DNA of 64,000 nt from Massalongia carnosa (Eukaryota): the NCBI GenBank assembly GCA_965645245.1, contig OZ287083.1, forward strand, positions 1,116,001-1,180,000. The letters run 5' to 3'. Shown piece after piece: positions 35,144 to 48,001 of this stretch. The translations under genes were made by a program, and so were the position numbers. Under the pieces are notes generated by a model, which did not search any database, had not been told where the DNA came from, and saw only the letters and a list, made by a program, of their open reading frames with translations. Every line of letters starts with the position of its first letter. The stretch's first letter is position 1.

Positions 35144-36791
35144 TATAACTACTATAATAACAGTTTTCATGCTTGATCTTTGTAGAAAAAAATTCCCATC
35201 GTTATTTGATTGATTTTTTGCGTGTAAAAGTTGAAAAGACGAACTTTGCTTTCCGCCGAACTTTGCTTTCCGCCGAACTTTGCTTTCCGCCGAACTTTGC
35301 TTTCCCCGACTAGAGGCGAACGCCTCGAGTCGGCACGAGGTAAGCGAGAGACTAGCCGACGATTAGCTCATCATTTCTTATTCCAGTTTAAGGTCATCAT
35401 AACATGATTTTCAATTCATTTATAGAGTAACTATTCACCAAAAACTCGAGCGGCGTAAAATCTATACTTTCTTTTCTTTTGTTCTTTTGCTTTCTCTCAT
35501 CTGCTTAGCTGTTTTTCTGTGCAGGATGATATCGTATTCCAACTTCTGAACCTGATCGTCTTAGTTCCTGTTTCCAGGTTACACTCTAATGCTCCTCTAG
35601 CTCTGAGCTACACAAAGTCTTGATTAGCGAGAGGCTGGTTGACGACATTATACAAGGCCAATATCCTTCCGCCGCTGATCATCTCGTTGAGCTTGAGTGA
35701 TGAATGAGAAAATAAGACTGTTTGCTCTTTATCAACACCTCAAAAGCCTGAGCGAGCTCAACCAATCTCAGAAGTTGTCTTCTAAAACTTTGTAGCAAAG
35801 CAAAGAGAAAACATGGCTTATTTAAATCAGCATCCATACATAAAAAAAGGCAGAAATTTTGGTAGCTTTATCAACCTACATCACGAAACTTCTAAAATAT
35901 TCTCAAGGATAAAATATCCCCAAAAGATCAAGGATTGTATTGCTTCTCACCATCTTCAGTCTCACAAGCAAAAGGATTCCCAAACCGGAAATCCAATCAG
36001 TCAATCGCCAGCCCACCCATCGATCGACAGAAGCCTTCAGAACCTCCTACTGGATTTGATGACTAGATGTTTTGCAACCCTGTCCAGAAGTCGAAGGCAA
36101 CTCATCATTTTTTATCAGGTTGTGTTGAGATCGGAATTTCAATCCACAGTTTCTGAATTGCGCTTCATTTGAAGTCTTTAGAAACCCGGGTTGGATTGTT
36201 CCTTAAATATATAGTAGACACTTATGTTGAGAATCTAATAGACCTCGTACGGACTGCAACCTTCGAACTATCTAGCTAACCCAAAACGAGGTTTCTGTTG
36301 ACTTCCCAAGATCAGCAGGTCGAAATCGTGCTGGTGGAGATTCTATTGGGTTTGCGGATAGAGACTTCTGCTCCAAACTGGAATCTTCTGAAGCAAGTTT
36401 ATTCAAAATCGATCAGCCAATGCACCCACTAGGAGAATCATGAACCACAAAAAAACCCTCAACCGAAGGTACAAATCTCCACAAAAAGATGAGCCTGAGC
36501 TAACTTGACAGATAACCATGTACCTATATACTCTCCTAACTTGATAGAAGACCGCCAAGGAAAGGAGAAGAGAAGAGTGGTTCTTTCATGCGAGCGCTTT
36601 TCTGACCGAACCTCCCTGCCCATGCACAGTTCTCTCGTATTCCATGCTTATAGCTCGACTCTTCCGTTCATTTGTATATGTTGCGTTTTGGGCGCAACCG
36701 TGGCTCTTCCACCCTCCGTAACCTCTGCTCTCTCACTATTGCCTTCCGTTGCCGTTTCGCCACATTGCCTATTACAGTTTGCTCAACCCAT

Positions 36792-39700
36792 TCACTCGCC
36801 TTTCAGCTTGTCCTGCACAACGCTGAATGCTACATTCAAAAGATCCAATTCCTCCTTCAGATGGCTAGCCTTCAGGCCTGTTGCCACGCTCGCGCTCGGG
36901 TTCCTGCCCGCGTACATGACATGCTTACGATCATGATGCTTCGTCTCGTTTAGCAAGGTCTCGATGCGCGGCTGCGTGAAACTCCATGCGCCCGCGTTGA
37001 GAGGCTCTTCCTGGCACCAGACGATGGTCTTGGCATTAGGGTATCGGTCGAGGTTCTCCTTCAGCTGGGCCCAAGGGAAGGGATTCAGTTGTTCAATGCG
37101 CGTAATGGCTGTGTCTTTGATTCCCTTGGAGGCGCGGTGCTTGTGCAGCGCAACATAAACCTGACCAGAGCAGAGGATAACGCGCTCGATCTGATCAGGG
37201 GGGACGATGTTCTTAGCTTCGTGTTCGGGGTCCGGGATGATCCATTGGAAGTGGGAGTCACCGGAGAAGTCTTCGATGGGAGAGCGGGCTAATGGGTGGC
37301 GGAGGAGCGATTTCGAGAAGAACATGATCAGCGCTGATGGAAATACATGTTAGAATGTTAAACTAAAGGGAAGCCTTCCAGGTTACATACGTTTTCTGAA
37401 CTGGCGATTCATTTGTCTTCGAAGGATGTGAAAGAGATTTGAAGGTGTCGTCATGTAGGCTATTTGCATATTACAGTCCTGATGTTGACGGTCGAGTTTT
37501 TCGGGGGCAGGGAAGATTCGTGGGTCTTCATTGCATAACTGTAAGTAACGCTCCATCCTGCCAGACGAATGCTCAGGACCTTGGCCATCGTAGCCATGTG
37601 GAAGCGACAGAACAAGACCGGATCGCTGCAGCCACTTGACCTCTCCAGACGCGATAAATTGATCAATGATGCACTGGCAATTGTTGGCAAAATCGCCGAA
37701 TTGAGCCTCCCATATAACGAGAGCATTAGGCGAAGATAATGAATAACCGTACTCAAAGCCAAGGCTAAACGTAGGATTAGACATATATTTATAGGACAGG
37801 AGTAAAGACTTACACTCCAAACTCGCTAAGAGACGAATTACTGATGACGAAACTTCCCTGCTTTTCGCTGATATGCTTTAATGGGGTATATGTAGCTTCG
37901 CTCTCCTGATCATGCAGAACGGCATGACGTTGAGAGAAGGTCCCTCGCTCTACATCCTGGCCCGAGACTCTGACGTGGTGGCCTTCTTCGCAAAGTGTAC
38001 CGAACGCGAGAGCTTCAGCAGTAGACCAATCGATAGCCTTACCCTCATCAATAGACTTTTTTCGGTTCGCCAGAATGCGCTTCAGATTTCGGTGTACATG
38101 GAAGCCATCTGGTGCGCCACCGATTTTATCTCCTATGTGCTTCAGGGTCTCAACAGGTACACCAGTTGGCAGATGCGGCAGGATTTCGGTAGCAAGTTCT
38201 TTGGGAGACTTGAACCCGTTCCATGCAGATGTCAGCCATTCTTTTGATGTTGACTGGTAATCCTTGCTAGCTTCAAAGCTTGCGGTTAGCATGTCCCACA
38301 CCCATTTCTTGTGCTCTTCGATATCTTCTTTCGAAAAAGACTTCTCCTTTAAGAGCTTGTCCTCATATTTCTTCAGGGCTGGTATTTGTTCCTCAATGCG
38401 TTTATACATCAGTGGTTGGGTGAACGAAGGTTGGTCAGTTTCGTTATGACCCTGTTTTCTGTAGCACACAATATCAACAACCACGTCTGTTTTGAATTCA
38501 GCCCGCCAATCTGCAGCAACCTGGCAAACAAAGTTGACCGCTTCAACATCGTCACCATTGACGTGGAAAACGGGAGCGTCGATGGCCTTTGCAATATCCG
38601 AACAGTAAGGAGTTGATCGAGCAAACCGAGGATCGGTTGTGAATCCAATCTGGTTGTTTATGATTAGATGGATTGTTCCCCCGGTTGAGTATGCTGGAAG
38701 GGAGTGGAAGCCCATGGTCTCATAAACCACTCCTTGAGCAGCAAAAGCAGCGTCACCATGCAACAAGACCCCCATAGCGGTGCTGAAATGCTTTTCATCG
38801 TTATTGTAGTGCTGAATGGCACGAGTTTTTCCGAGCACAACCGGATCCTCTGCTTCAAGATGGGACGGATTCGCAACTAGTGAGAGTTGCACACGTTTAC
38901 CAGAAGGTGTGGGGCGCTCAAAATTCATCCCCAAGTGATACTTGACATCCCCTGAACCTTCGTCGGACGGTTCTGCTGAACCCCCGAATTCGCTGAAGAT
39001 GGACTCATTGGGTTTCCGAACCACATTACTCAGTACATTAAGCCGACCACGGTGGGGCATCCCAATCACGATATCCTTGATGCCATAGTCGACGCTGCGA
39101 TCAATTAGAGCCTTCATACCCGGGACTAATGTCTCAGCTCCTTCAAGCCCAAAACGCTTGTCATTAGGATATTTAGTTGCTAGGAAAGACTCGAAACTCG
39201 AACTCCAGATCAGACGATCTAGAATCCTCCGCTTGTCATCTATCGAATACTTATATGGCGAAGGGATCTCAATTCGATTGCGTATCCAATCGCACTGGTC
39301 TCGATCTGGAATGTGAATGTATTCAACTCCATATGAACCACAGTATAATCTCTCGCAGGCGGCGATGATTTCACGAAGGCTCATATTTTGTCGTTCCTCT
39401 GTCTTGAACCGGGGCAGAATCCCCGGCCCCAAGGTGTACTCTATGTCAAGATCCTTTTCTGTGAACTGATAATGGTCAAGCTCTAGTTCTTTTGGCCTAT
39501 GGTAACCAAATGCTTCAGCTTCTCCACGGATCCCGAGTGGATCTGTCCTCGCTTTGTGGTGTCCGCGTGCTTGGTATGCCCGTACCAAGAGCTGAACCTT
39601 GAGATGGTTTGTCACGTCAGAGCCTTGCCCTGCAGTGAAACCGGCACCGGGCATCGTTTGAGGCACGCCACCTTCAGCAGTTGGAATAAGGGTTGGGGGA

Positions 39701-40116
39701 GGCTGGAAGGCCTGCGAGATAGGCATGTTGCCATCTTCCATATTTCGGAAGTAGACCTGCCATGACAAATGTACACTAGTGGGGTCCTTTTTCCATTCTA
39801 TGTACATTTCATCTATATAATTGGCGGTATTTCCTTGCAAAAATGAGTCATTAGGATCCTGTATCAAATATCTTGATCAGCTTAAAGCTATATGATTTCT
39901 GATGACGAGACTGCTTACAACGCCTTTACTGGTCCCTTCCGCAGTTTGCGCATAGTATCGACTCTGTTTATTCTGTAGTAAGAAAGGAGATACAATTGAC
40001 CCTAGAGGCTTATTGAAGGTAGCTCGTGAGGCCTCTTTTATGCATGTTGAGCGTTTCAGGGGGCAGCTCCCTCGAAGGAGGCGACTGGACGCGGTTCGTA
40101 AGCATGGGCGTAGCAT
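36792..40116 (-). CDS. KGD1: 2-oxoglutarate dehydrogenase E1, mitochondrial, 4 exons
   Basis: Mitochondrial presequence; [78 protein letters not shown]. Confidence 0.97.
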
Positions 40117-40344
40117 GACGAGTATCAGACGTGATGATGCATGGAACGTTTATCAAAGGACCAAGATGAATAATTTCATTTGATGCAGAGACACAATAAT
40201 TTTTCCAACGGTGGTCAGCTGAACGTGAGGCTTAAAGACTCCGACGTGGGGAGAGCTTCATCCTCTTCGCCGCTACCCGACGACGCTAGCCTGTATCCGT
40301 CAACATGTACCGACCTAACCTTCATTTCCATCCATGGCCTCAAC
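40117..40344. promoter_or_regulatory. Putative bidirectional promoter between KGD1 and TFB1
   Basis: 228 bp between divergent ATGs. Confidence 0.55.
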
Positions 40345-42351
40345 ATGGCACTACCCAGAGGCTCTGCCGCCTACAAGAAGAAAGATGGCACCCTCACTCT
40401 TTCTAAAGATGGCCAGTCCGTCTCTTGGACGCCCATTGCTCCTCCTGGATCCAAGCCCGCCCTGACGCTGCCTGTATCGACCATCACCAGTAAGCCCGAA
40501 TCGTACTACTTAGATATGGCTCTGTTAACGGATATATTAGATCTCCAACAGACACCGGCTACGAGCGCTAAGGTGATGCTGAAGATCTTTGCTCAAGGAC
40601 AAGGCTCTACCGCATCGGAGACGCATGTCTTCTCCTTCACTTCCCCCACCGTCGCCCGGGCAGAGGCCGACGCTATCAAAGATGCTCTCAGTAAAGCTAT
40701 ACAGGTCGCCAAATCAAGTAATGACGTTTTGGCTCAGCCTAGTGGTAGCGGAAGTGCCGCCATGGCTATTGCGAGCGCTGTCTCTTCTGTGCCATCGACT
40801 AATAGGGGTACAAATGTGTGGTATGATGATGCACGGCTGAAATCTGATGTGGAGTTGCAGCAGTCGCTACTGAAAGCCAACGACTCGCTCTCTAAGACTT
40901 TCATGGAGTCATTACGGACGAAGCCCGAGTCGATCACGAGCTCGCAATTCACGTCTCAGTTCTGGTCGACCAGGATCCATCTTCTCCGAGCGCATGCTAT
41001 TGAAAAGAACCAGACCCGAGGCGCATACAACGTCCTTTCAAGCATAAAACCAACGACGGTCGATAATGCGATTCGGCTAAGTATTAGCAAAGAACAAATA
41101 CAACTAATATTTAATCAGCATTCCTTGGTTAAGCGCGTATACGATGAAAACGTCCCACGGCTCAGCGAGGAAGAGTTCTGGTCTCGCTTCTTTCAGAGTC
41201 GACTATTCAAGAAGCTCAAGGGCGAGAAGATCACCGAAGGCGATCCCACAGATCAGATTTTAGATAAGTACCTGTCACACGATGATGACGAAGAGCGGAG
41301 CAAGCGCCTTATGGCCTCTCACGTACCTCACATCATCGATGTAGAAGGCAACGAAGAAAACCACAGCCAAAGAAAAGGTAATCAGCCAGACTTCACAATG
41401 CGGCCTACATCCATGGACCGAGTCCCCATCATCCGCACCCTGAACGCGCTCAGCGAAAAAATCATGGCTCACGTGCCCCCTAACGATATTGACCCCTCTT
41501 TACCGATCGGTGTCGACGAAGAGACGTTCAACTCACTCGCCCTCAAAGATTTACAAGGCGACGCAGACGAGAACCGGGTCATCCTTAACGTTAACGACCA
41601 AAGCCGCTTCTTCTCCGACAATAAGGACAACGGCGTGTCCGCCGACGCCGCCCGCTATGCCCAGCAAGACCCCGTTCAAGTCTTACAGCATCTACAAGGC
41701 GATCTTGCTCACCTAGCTACAAACTCAAGTCTCGACACCGCCATCGGCGTCAACTTTGATAGCGATAGCTCCGATGACGACGGTGATGACGACCAAGCTC
41801 GCCGCGCGAAAAAGAGCCATGTGGGAAGCAAAGCCAGCCTTGCAGCCGCCACATCCCAGATCCTTGCCGCTATCACCCAGCAGCGAGCTCAAACCGACGA
41901 CCTCCACTCCTCCGCCGCTGGCTTCGCCACCACCGGAGCGTCCTCGTCCTCGTCATCCTCAACATGCGGCCTCCCAGCCCCCATTTTCGACCGCCTCTCC
42001 CTCACGCACGCCACCACGACCGAGTTCCTGCAGCACTTCTGGTCCGCCTTCCTTTCCGGCGACGTCGACCGCGCGGACGAAGTCGCGCGGTTAGTGGAGT
42101 CGCTGGACCGCGCCATGGACCGTATCAAGGCCGTGGCCGACGACGCCGAGGCCGAGCGCAACAAGGAGGTTGAGCGTGTGCGGCGGCAGGTGCGCGAGCA
42201 TCACGAGCGCACTCAGCGGAAGGTCAAGTTCGATTTCAACTCCATCGGCGGCGGCGCCAAGGCGGTCAATTTGCTGATGGGGCCAACGGTCAAGGCGATT
42301 CAGGTGGCAGGGAAGGAGTATCAGAAGGCGTTGGCGGAGGGGGGGGAGTAA
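40345..42351 (+). CDS. TFB1: TFIIH subunit Tfb1/p62, 2 exons
   Basis: N-terminal PH-like AAYKKKDGTLTLS, LQQTPATSAKVMLKI, BSD-like QFWSTRIHLLRA and EFWSRFFQSRLF; in-frame 51-nt intron 40490-40540 (GTAAGC...TTAG). Confidence 0.92.
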   Translation: MALPRGSAAYKKKDGTLTLSKDGQSVSWTPIAPPGSKPALTLPVSTITSKPESYYLDMALLTDILDLQQTPATSAKVMLKIFAQGQGSTASETHVFSFTSPTVARAEADAIKDALSKAIQVAKSSNDVLAQPSGSGSAAMAIASAVSSVPSTNRGTNVWYDDARLKSDVELQQSLLKANDSLSKTFMESLRTKPESITSSQFTSQFWSTRIHLLRAHAIEKNQTRGAYNVLSSIKPTTVDNAIRLSISKEQIQLIFNQHSLVKRVYDENVPRLSEEEFWSRFFQSRLFKKLKGEKITEGDPTDQILDKYLSHDDDEERSKRLMASHVPHIIDVEGNEENHSQRKGNQPDFTMRPTSMDRVPIIRTLNALSEKIMAHVPPNDIDPSLPIGVDEETFNSLALKDLQGDADENRVILNVNDQSRFFSDNKDNGVSADAARYAQQDPVQVLQHLQGDLAHLATNSSLDTAIGVNFDSDSSDDDGDDDQARRAKKSHVGSKASLAAATSQILAAITQQRAQTDDLHSSAAGFATTGASSSSSSSTCGLPAPIFDRLSLTHATTTEFLQHFWSAFLSGDVDRADEVARLVESLDRAMDRIKAVADDAEAERNKEVERVRRQVREHHERTQRKVKFDFNSIGGGAKAVNLLMGPTVKAIQVAGKEYQKALAEGGE

Positions 42352-42982
42352 GTTCGAAGGTTGAAGAGATGCCAGACCTAATTAATCAATTGCCCACCTT
42401 TCTTTTCCTTTTTCGGTTATTGAATCCGTAAAGCCCATTTCTTGTTGGATTTGGGTTTGGATTTGGGAGGGGGTAAATGACATACTTGTTCACGTCCATC
42501 CATCCATCCAACCCATCATCACATAACTAAGCAGCATAGCGCCGGCGTCTCGCGCGCAAAAAAAAGGTGTACGGTAAGTAGGTAGGGAGGCAGGCAGACA
42601 GGGAAATCTAGAGAGATAATGGCATTACGCCTAGAGACGATCTTCAGTCAATGTTTAAGAAACTTATATAAATAAATTCGCACGGCCAGAAAAATAGAAA
42701 TAAAAGGGTTCACGCTTGCATCCATCATGCAAGAACCAACTTACACCACAAACCCTGCCCCCAAGCAAATCCCAACCAACAATCCTCCCATTCGAATTTA
42801 TTAGATACACATCTCACCCCCAATAACGCACCCGAAATCCCACCAACCCCATCCAACCCACCTTTTATATATCACCAATCCGCCCCCCCCGGCGTGAGAA
42901 AAAAAGTCATATTATCCACCCATGTTTTCCCTCACCCCAAAAGAGAACCTCCCCCCCAAAAGTCCCCTCCGTTCCAACCTCC

Positions 42983-44263
42983 CTAACACCGAAGACAGCA
43001 TCCCCACCTTCCACCCTCCATGCACCCTCCCTCACTTTCCCACCTCCCCTTCTTTTCTTCTTCCCCACTTCCCTCTTCACTCCCTCCCTTCTCCACCCTC
43101 CTCCTCCTCCTCCTCCCCCAATTTCCAATCCAGCACCTAGACACCCCTAGCTCCGCAGTGCCGACCCTCCTCCCAGCCTCCCACTTCCACAGCTCCGTTC
43201 CCTCAGGCTTACTCCGCCTCCTTAGACCCTCCACATACCCTCCTCCTACTTCTTCTTCCCCATGCTTCGTCCCCTCTCCTCCCTCCCTGCCAGCAGCAAG
43301 GCAAGGAGGCGCCTGATCAACGGCCTGTCGAGACTGCTTCCTAAACAACAAGCCCGCATCGCCTCTCATGACAACTCCGCTAGGCAACCCAATGGTCTGT
43401 GCCTTCCACCCGTGCCTTAGAGGCACACGCTTTGGAAAAATGTGGGACTGTCGTCTGAACAGCTGAGGAAGGCGACGGACGAGCACAGCGGGGAAATGGA
43501 ATTGTGAGGGGCTTTCGGAAGTGGCAAGGCGGGGGTGAGAAGGAGAATGAGTAGGCTGGTGCAGATGTGGGTAAGGGACATGGTTATCAAGGGAAATGAA
43601 CGAGTGTGTTCGTTCGCCAGGAAATGGCGGAGGAAAAACAGAAAAAAGGGGCTTGGAGGGTGCCGGGAGTGAAAGAGAACTCGTGCGTAACGTAGCAAAG
43701 GAAGATTTTCGTAGAGAGGCGAAAGAAGGCCGTTCGGGGATTGAAGTCAAGATGTGCGGATAGTGAAGATTCGCTACCGGCGAAGCGAGAACAACGTTAT
43801 TAACATAAGGATTGGGTGGAAACGGCGGCGGGGTGTCGGTGTGGCGAAAGATGGGAAATCCGAGATACTGGTCTAGCGTCGCTGAAACTAGTGCTGGAGA
43901 GGAAATCGAGTCCTTGATGATGGGAGAAAGTTCCTCCTCCCCCTGCGCCTCGTGTTGCTGGTGGCCGGGACCTCCGATGCTCTTGATTTCACCGTTGTGC
44001 ACCTGTAATGGAACATCGCAAAGGGAACGATGCGGGCTCGGGATCGTTTCGGCGGGATCGATGTGTGGGCAAAGAGTTCGCATGGAGGGCCTGCGCCGCA
44101 GAGAGGGCGCTTCCCTGAGCGGCTGTTTTGCGGCTGTAAGGTGGTGGTTGTAGACGGTTGCTATTGGGGTGGAGGTAGAAGGGCAGATGGTGATGCCATT
44201 TGCGAAGGTTGGGAGTGGGCAGAGGGGATGACGGGACGGTGAAGATGCGGGGGTGGAACACAT
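42983..44263 (-). CDS. Hypothetical Pro/Ser-rich protein
   Basis: 426-aa ATG ORF, low complexity, no recognisable domain. Confidence 0.5.
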   Translation of the reverse strand: MCSTPASSPSRHPLCPLPTFANGITICPSTSTPIATVYNHHLTAAKQPLREAPSLRRRPSMRTLCPHIDPAETIPSPHRSLCDVPLQVHNGEIKSIGGPGHQQHEAQGEEELSPIIKDSISSPALVSATLDQYLGFPIFRHTDTPPPFPPNPYVNNVVLASPVANLHYPHILTSIPERPSFASLRKSSFATLRTSSLSLPAPSKPLFSVFPPPFPGERTHSFISLDNHVPYPHLHQPTHSPSHPRLATSESPSQFHFPAVLVRRLPQLFRRQSHIFPKRVPLRHGWKAQTIGLPSGVVMRGDAGLLFRKQSRQAVDQAPPCLAAGREGGEGTKHGEEEVGGGYVEGLRRRSKPEGTELWKWEAGRRVGTAELGVSRCWIGNWGRRRRRRVEKGGSEEGSGEEEKKGRWESEGGCMEGGRWGCCLRC

Positions 44264-44960
44264 CCTTGGATTGTATAGAGGTAGGTTGGGAATGGATTCT
44301 GATGGATAATTGATTATTGGTGTGATGCTGGACTATATTGATATGATTATTGTATGGATGGTGGGGAGAGAATAGTTGCGACTGTTGGGATTTGGATTGA
44401 CGAATACAAAAGCTCGGCGATGAAGGGAAGCTGAGAGGAGAAGCTTGCTTGGGAGTTCTGACCAATAAGGAAGGCACGGTTGGAAGAGATTGTGACTGCT
44501 AGCAGAACCCGTTTAGAAATCCAAGGAATAGAGATATCTTGAGATAGAACCCCAGAAGGTCATGAAAAGCGTTTGTAGATAGCGGCTTAGATTTCTAACA
44601 CATCGAAGCTAGTAATATAGTCGGCTTCCTTCACCATCCAAGTAACCAACGCACGCACCGTATTTCGAGCGTATACGCCGCCTCCTGGATCGATCTATTC
44701 AAACAGTCCTAGCTCAACCGATATATCTCGGAGGGCCCTTGATTCGTCGGCCTTAGCTGCGTCCTTGCGTACAGTCACATCCCACAGCCCTAGTATCCAA
44801 TCACCTTGAATTGACTTCGATGTTTTCACATCATTCAATAATTGATCGAGAGCGCCACTGTGTTTAGGTATGTATACCATAAGTTCTAGAAAAGATTTCA
44901 AATGTAGCCTAAGCAGTTTCCCAGGACCAAATGATCACTTTGCTCTCCTGCATCAACGTC

Positions 44961-47900
44961 TCAAGTCGCTGTCATAATTTGACTCAAGGATGATTTTCCG
45001 GGCGTTTGGTCACGTTTCAGAGACCGGACGAGAGCTTCGAGTTTACGCCGTTCATCCTGTTCGAACTACGCATTGTGTTAGCTATAACTATGGCGTGATC
45101 CCACGAAGCAACTTACCCTTAAGGCCTTGAGATTCTCCGCCCTGGTCTCCCTCATCATCTTCTTAAACTCGTTCTTCAATATCATTGTGCTCGTTGTCCC
45201 TGGCGGATGCGAGTCTCGTCCCCCTGAAGCCCCAGGACTCTTCGCTCCAAGCCAACGTACCTTTTCGTCGCTAAGCTCTGTCTCAAGGGATTCACATCGT
45301 TCACGTAGTCCGTCCACGGCGTTCTCCAGTTTTTCTCGGTCCTTCTCGAACTCGATGCTTGCCTTGGTCATAGCCTCATACTCGCTTATCGTTTCCGATA
45401 GCTCGCGTTGCAAAACCTGCACACGCTGGGCCATTTCTGTATTTTCTTCGCCCAGGTTTTTTTGATATGCCTTCATCGACGCAAGCTCTGTTAGCAAAGA
45501 TGAGTTTTTCTCGGTTAAACCGTCTAACTCCTTTTGAATCGCAGGATTCATTGTAACTTCCGCCGCCCGCTGAGCTCTTGTACCATATGCCCCGTCAAGC
45601 TCAGCCCTCGCCACTGTAACCTCCGTTTGCAAGCGGACTAACTGAGTCTCCAAGTCGTGCATCTCTTGATGTGCTTCCTCCAGTTCTTTATTTTTTTGCT
45701 CGACGGCGTGTTTGAGAATGGCTTCACTGGTCTGGCGACGCTTTATGTCTTCATTTAGTGCTGCTAGTTTAGAAGTTAAGTCATGAATGTGTCTCTCGTC
45801 TTGGTCAAGCTGCGCAAGTGTTTCCACATCATTAGCCTGGCGATGCTCAAGGTCGTTATTCAAAGCGTTCAGCTTAACGGTCAAATCATGGATGTGTCTC
45901 TCGGCTTGATCCAAGCTTGCGAGTGTTTCCGCTTCGCTAGTCTGTCGATGCTCAAGGTCTTCGTTCACTGCGGTCAGCTTAGAAGTTAATTCATGGATGT
46001 GACTTTCGGAATCGTCCAGTTTTGCAAGCGTTTCCGCGTTGGCGATTCCCGAATCATCCCTAAATTCTTGCAGCTTTGACTCAAGTTTAAGGTATTCGTC
46101 TTGCTTGGCTTGCAGCTCGGCGTAAAGGTGCTCCTCAATTTCTCTCCTGGCATCCTTCTCTGCCTGAAGCGTGTTACTTTCGTCTATGGCTCTTTGTTGA
46201 CCCTGTAACGTGGCTTCTTCTTGTATTGCATCAAGGCGTCCCATCAAAAGAACTATCTCGTCTCTTGACTCCTTTGCTTCTTTCTCCCGAAGCTCAAGAG
46301 ACTTCTTGCTTTGGTCGAGCGCCAAAGTTAGATCCGAGAATTGTGCGTCCTTCTCAGCATCCGACTTGCTATTCAACTCTCTCTGCTGCTGAACTTGTTT
46401 AGTTAGTATTTCTTTTTGCTCTTGCAACACTTTCGCACGAGCAGATAGCGCTTGGACTTTGGCCGAAAATCCTTGCAACGTGAAATCATCTTGCATGGAT
46501 GGAGACCTTTGCGGATCATCTGGACCCTCGCTACATGCCTGAGGCTGCTTTCTGGAGTCTTCCTCTCCTGCCCTAATAATTTCCCATAGACCCGAAAGAA
46601 GTGTTTCGACCTGTTCTGATTTCTCTTCTAAAGCGACCGTTTTCGAAGACTTAGCTATACTGACATCTGTAAGCCGTTGTATAGCCTGTTCCACTTCGTC
46701 GAGGCCACGTTCAAGATACTTGATTTGAGCTTCGGAATTTTTACCGGACAGCTCAGGGGGTAAGGGGTATTCAGCATTAGGATCTCTACCGGCACGCGTA
46801 ACCATGCCGTGTAATTGTGTGTTCAGATCCTCCAATCTCTCCTCAGTGGCGTAAGCCGATTTTTTGGCAATGTGCAGAACAGTATGTTGGTCTTGCTGCA
46901 TTATACTGAGTCCGTTCTCAAGGTAGATCAGCTGCTCCTGAAGTGCGCCCACTGGGTCTCGGTCGTCCTCATAAGGACGAATAGGTAGTTCTGGGAGTGG
47001 CTGCGTACGTGAGCTCGCCTGCAATATGGAATCCCTCAACCGCTGGTTCAGATCTTCAAGTCTTCGTTCTGTTTCCAGAATACTTTGAGTATGATGTGCG
47101 AAGGCTTGGGCTGGGTGTTCGCTAGGATGGCTTTTGTCTCCATTACCGAGATCAAGCATTGTGTCAAGAGCTTCGTAGAAGCTACGATCATCGAATTCAT
47201 CAACTCCATCCAAAATATACGGCATTTCCTGCCCGTTACGGCCGTTACGGAAATCCGGCACGCTTTCGGGGCTTGCAGGGGTGATGTCCTTTTCAAGATA
47301 CCCTTTGTGTGTTATCTGTAGGACCCCAGCTGTGTGTTTCAATAATCGTTTTTGTAGAATTTGTGATCGTTTTTCAAGCGTCCATAATTCTTGTGCCAGA
47401 TCCTCGCATTTCCTGATACTAGCTGCTAGCTCATCGTCGGTCTTGCTTAAAAAGTCGTTATTACTACCTCTGCTGCCCATAATGCTTCTCCGATGGCGCC
47501 TCGGAGAATTCCCTGGTCCCCCTATTACGCTTTCCCGATTGTTTGTGGAATGAAGCCGACTAATGGATGAAGCAGCATCACGCAGCTTGCTTTCCAGAAC
47601 TAGTTTTCTCCTCGTCGAATCTATCCGATTTGAAAGTAGTGCAAGCTGTTTCTTCAGAGCATCGACTTCTTCAAAGGATAGAATTTCGTAATCTTGGCTG
47701 TCGCCAATGGCGGTTTCCATCAGTAGATGCATCGATACAGGATCATCAAGATTCAGACGCATCGAGCTTTCTGGTTGTGATTGATTAAGCTACGCAACGG
47801 TTAATCACAGTTATCTTCAAGGGGTTCTTCCAGTCTCACGGGATTGAGTCTCGCAGGCTCGTCGCTGGGGCTGTCGAGCGAGCCAGCGTAACCCTCCAAA

Positions 47901-48001
47901 AGCACCTTTGATGAGGGCTGCAGCTGTATCTGAGTTCCGGCGCCATATCTAGAATCGTAGGTTGAGGATGTTGAATAGTATCGTACACCATCGCCGTTCA
48001 T
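44961..48001 (-). CDS. Uds1 (up-regulated during septation) domain coiled-coil protein, 3 exons
   Basis: HLLMETAIGDSQDYEILSFEEVDALKK..LESKLRDAA..RLLKHTAGVLQ; LQTEVTVARAELDGAYGTRAQRA; last exon FEQDERRKLEALVRSLK..MTAT* ends at 44961. Confidence 0.85.

Larger units (their letters stand above)
32867..35363 (+). mobile_element. pogo/Fot1-type DNA transposon, full length (2497 bp), TA TSD
   Basis: TIRs ATCGTCGGCTAGTCTCTCGCTTACCTCG... (32867-~32960) and reverse complement (~35233-35363); TA at 32865-32866 and 35364-35365. Confidence 0.95.

Noticed and set aside
35400..36500. Possible decayed gene or TE right of the pogo element
   Set aside because: Only short broken frames; no TIR, LTR or domain identified.
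40180..40344. N-terminal extension of TFB1 in the ORF track (723 aa)
   Set aside because: It would fill the divergent promoter; Tfb1-like sequence begins at ATG 40345.
44695..44901. 68-aa ORF downstream of the Uds1 gene
   Set aside because: Non-ATG start, lies in the probable 3' UTR, no recognisable family.
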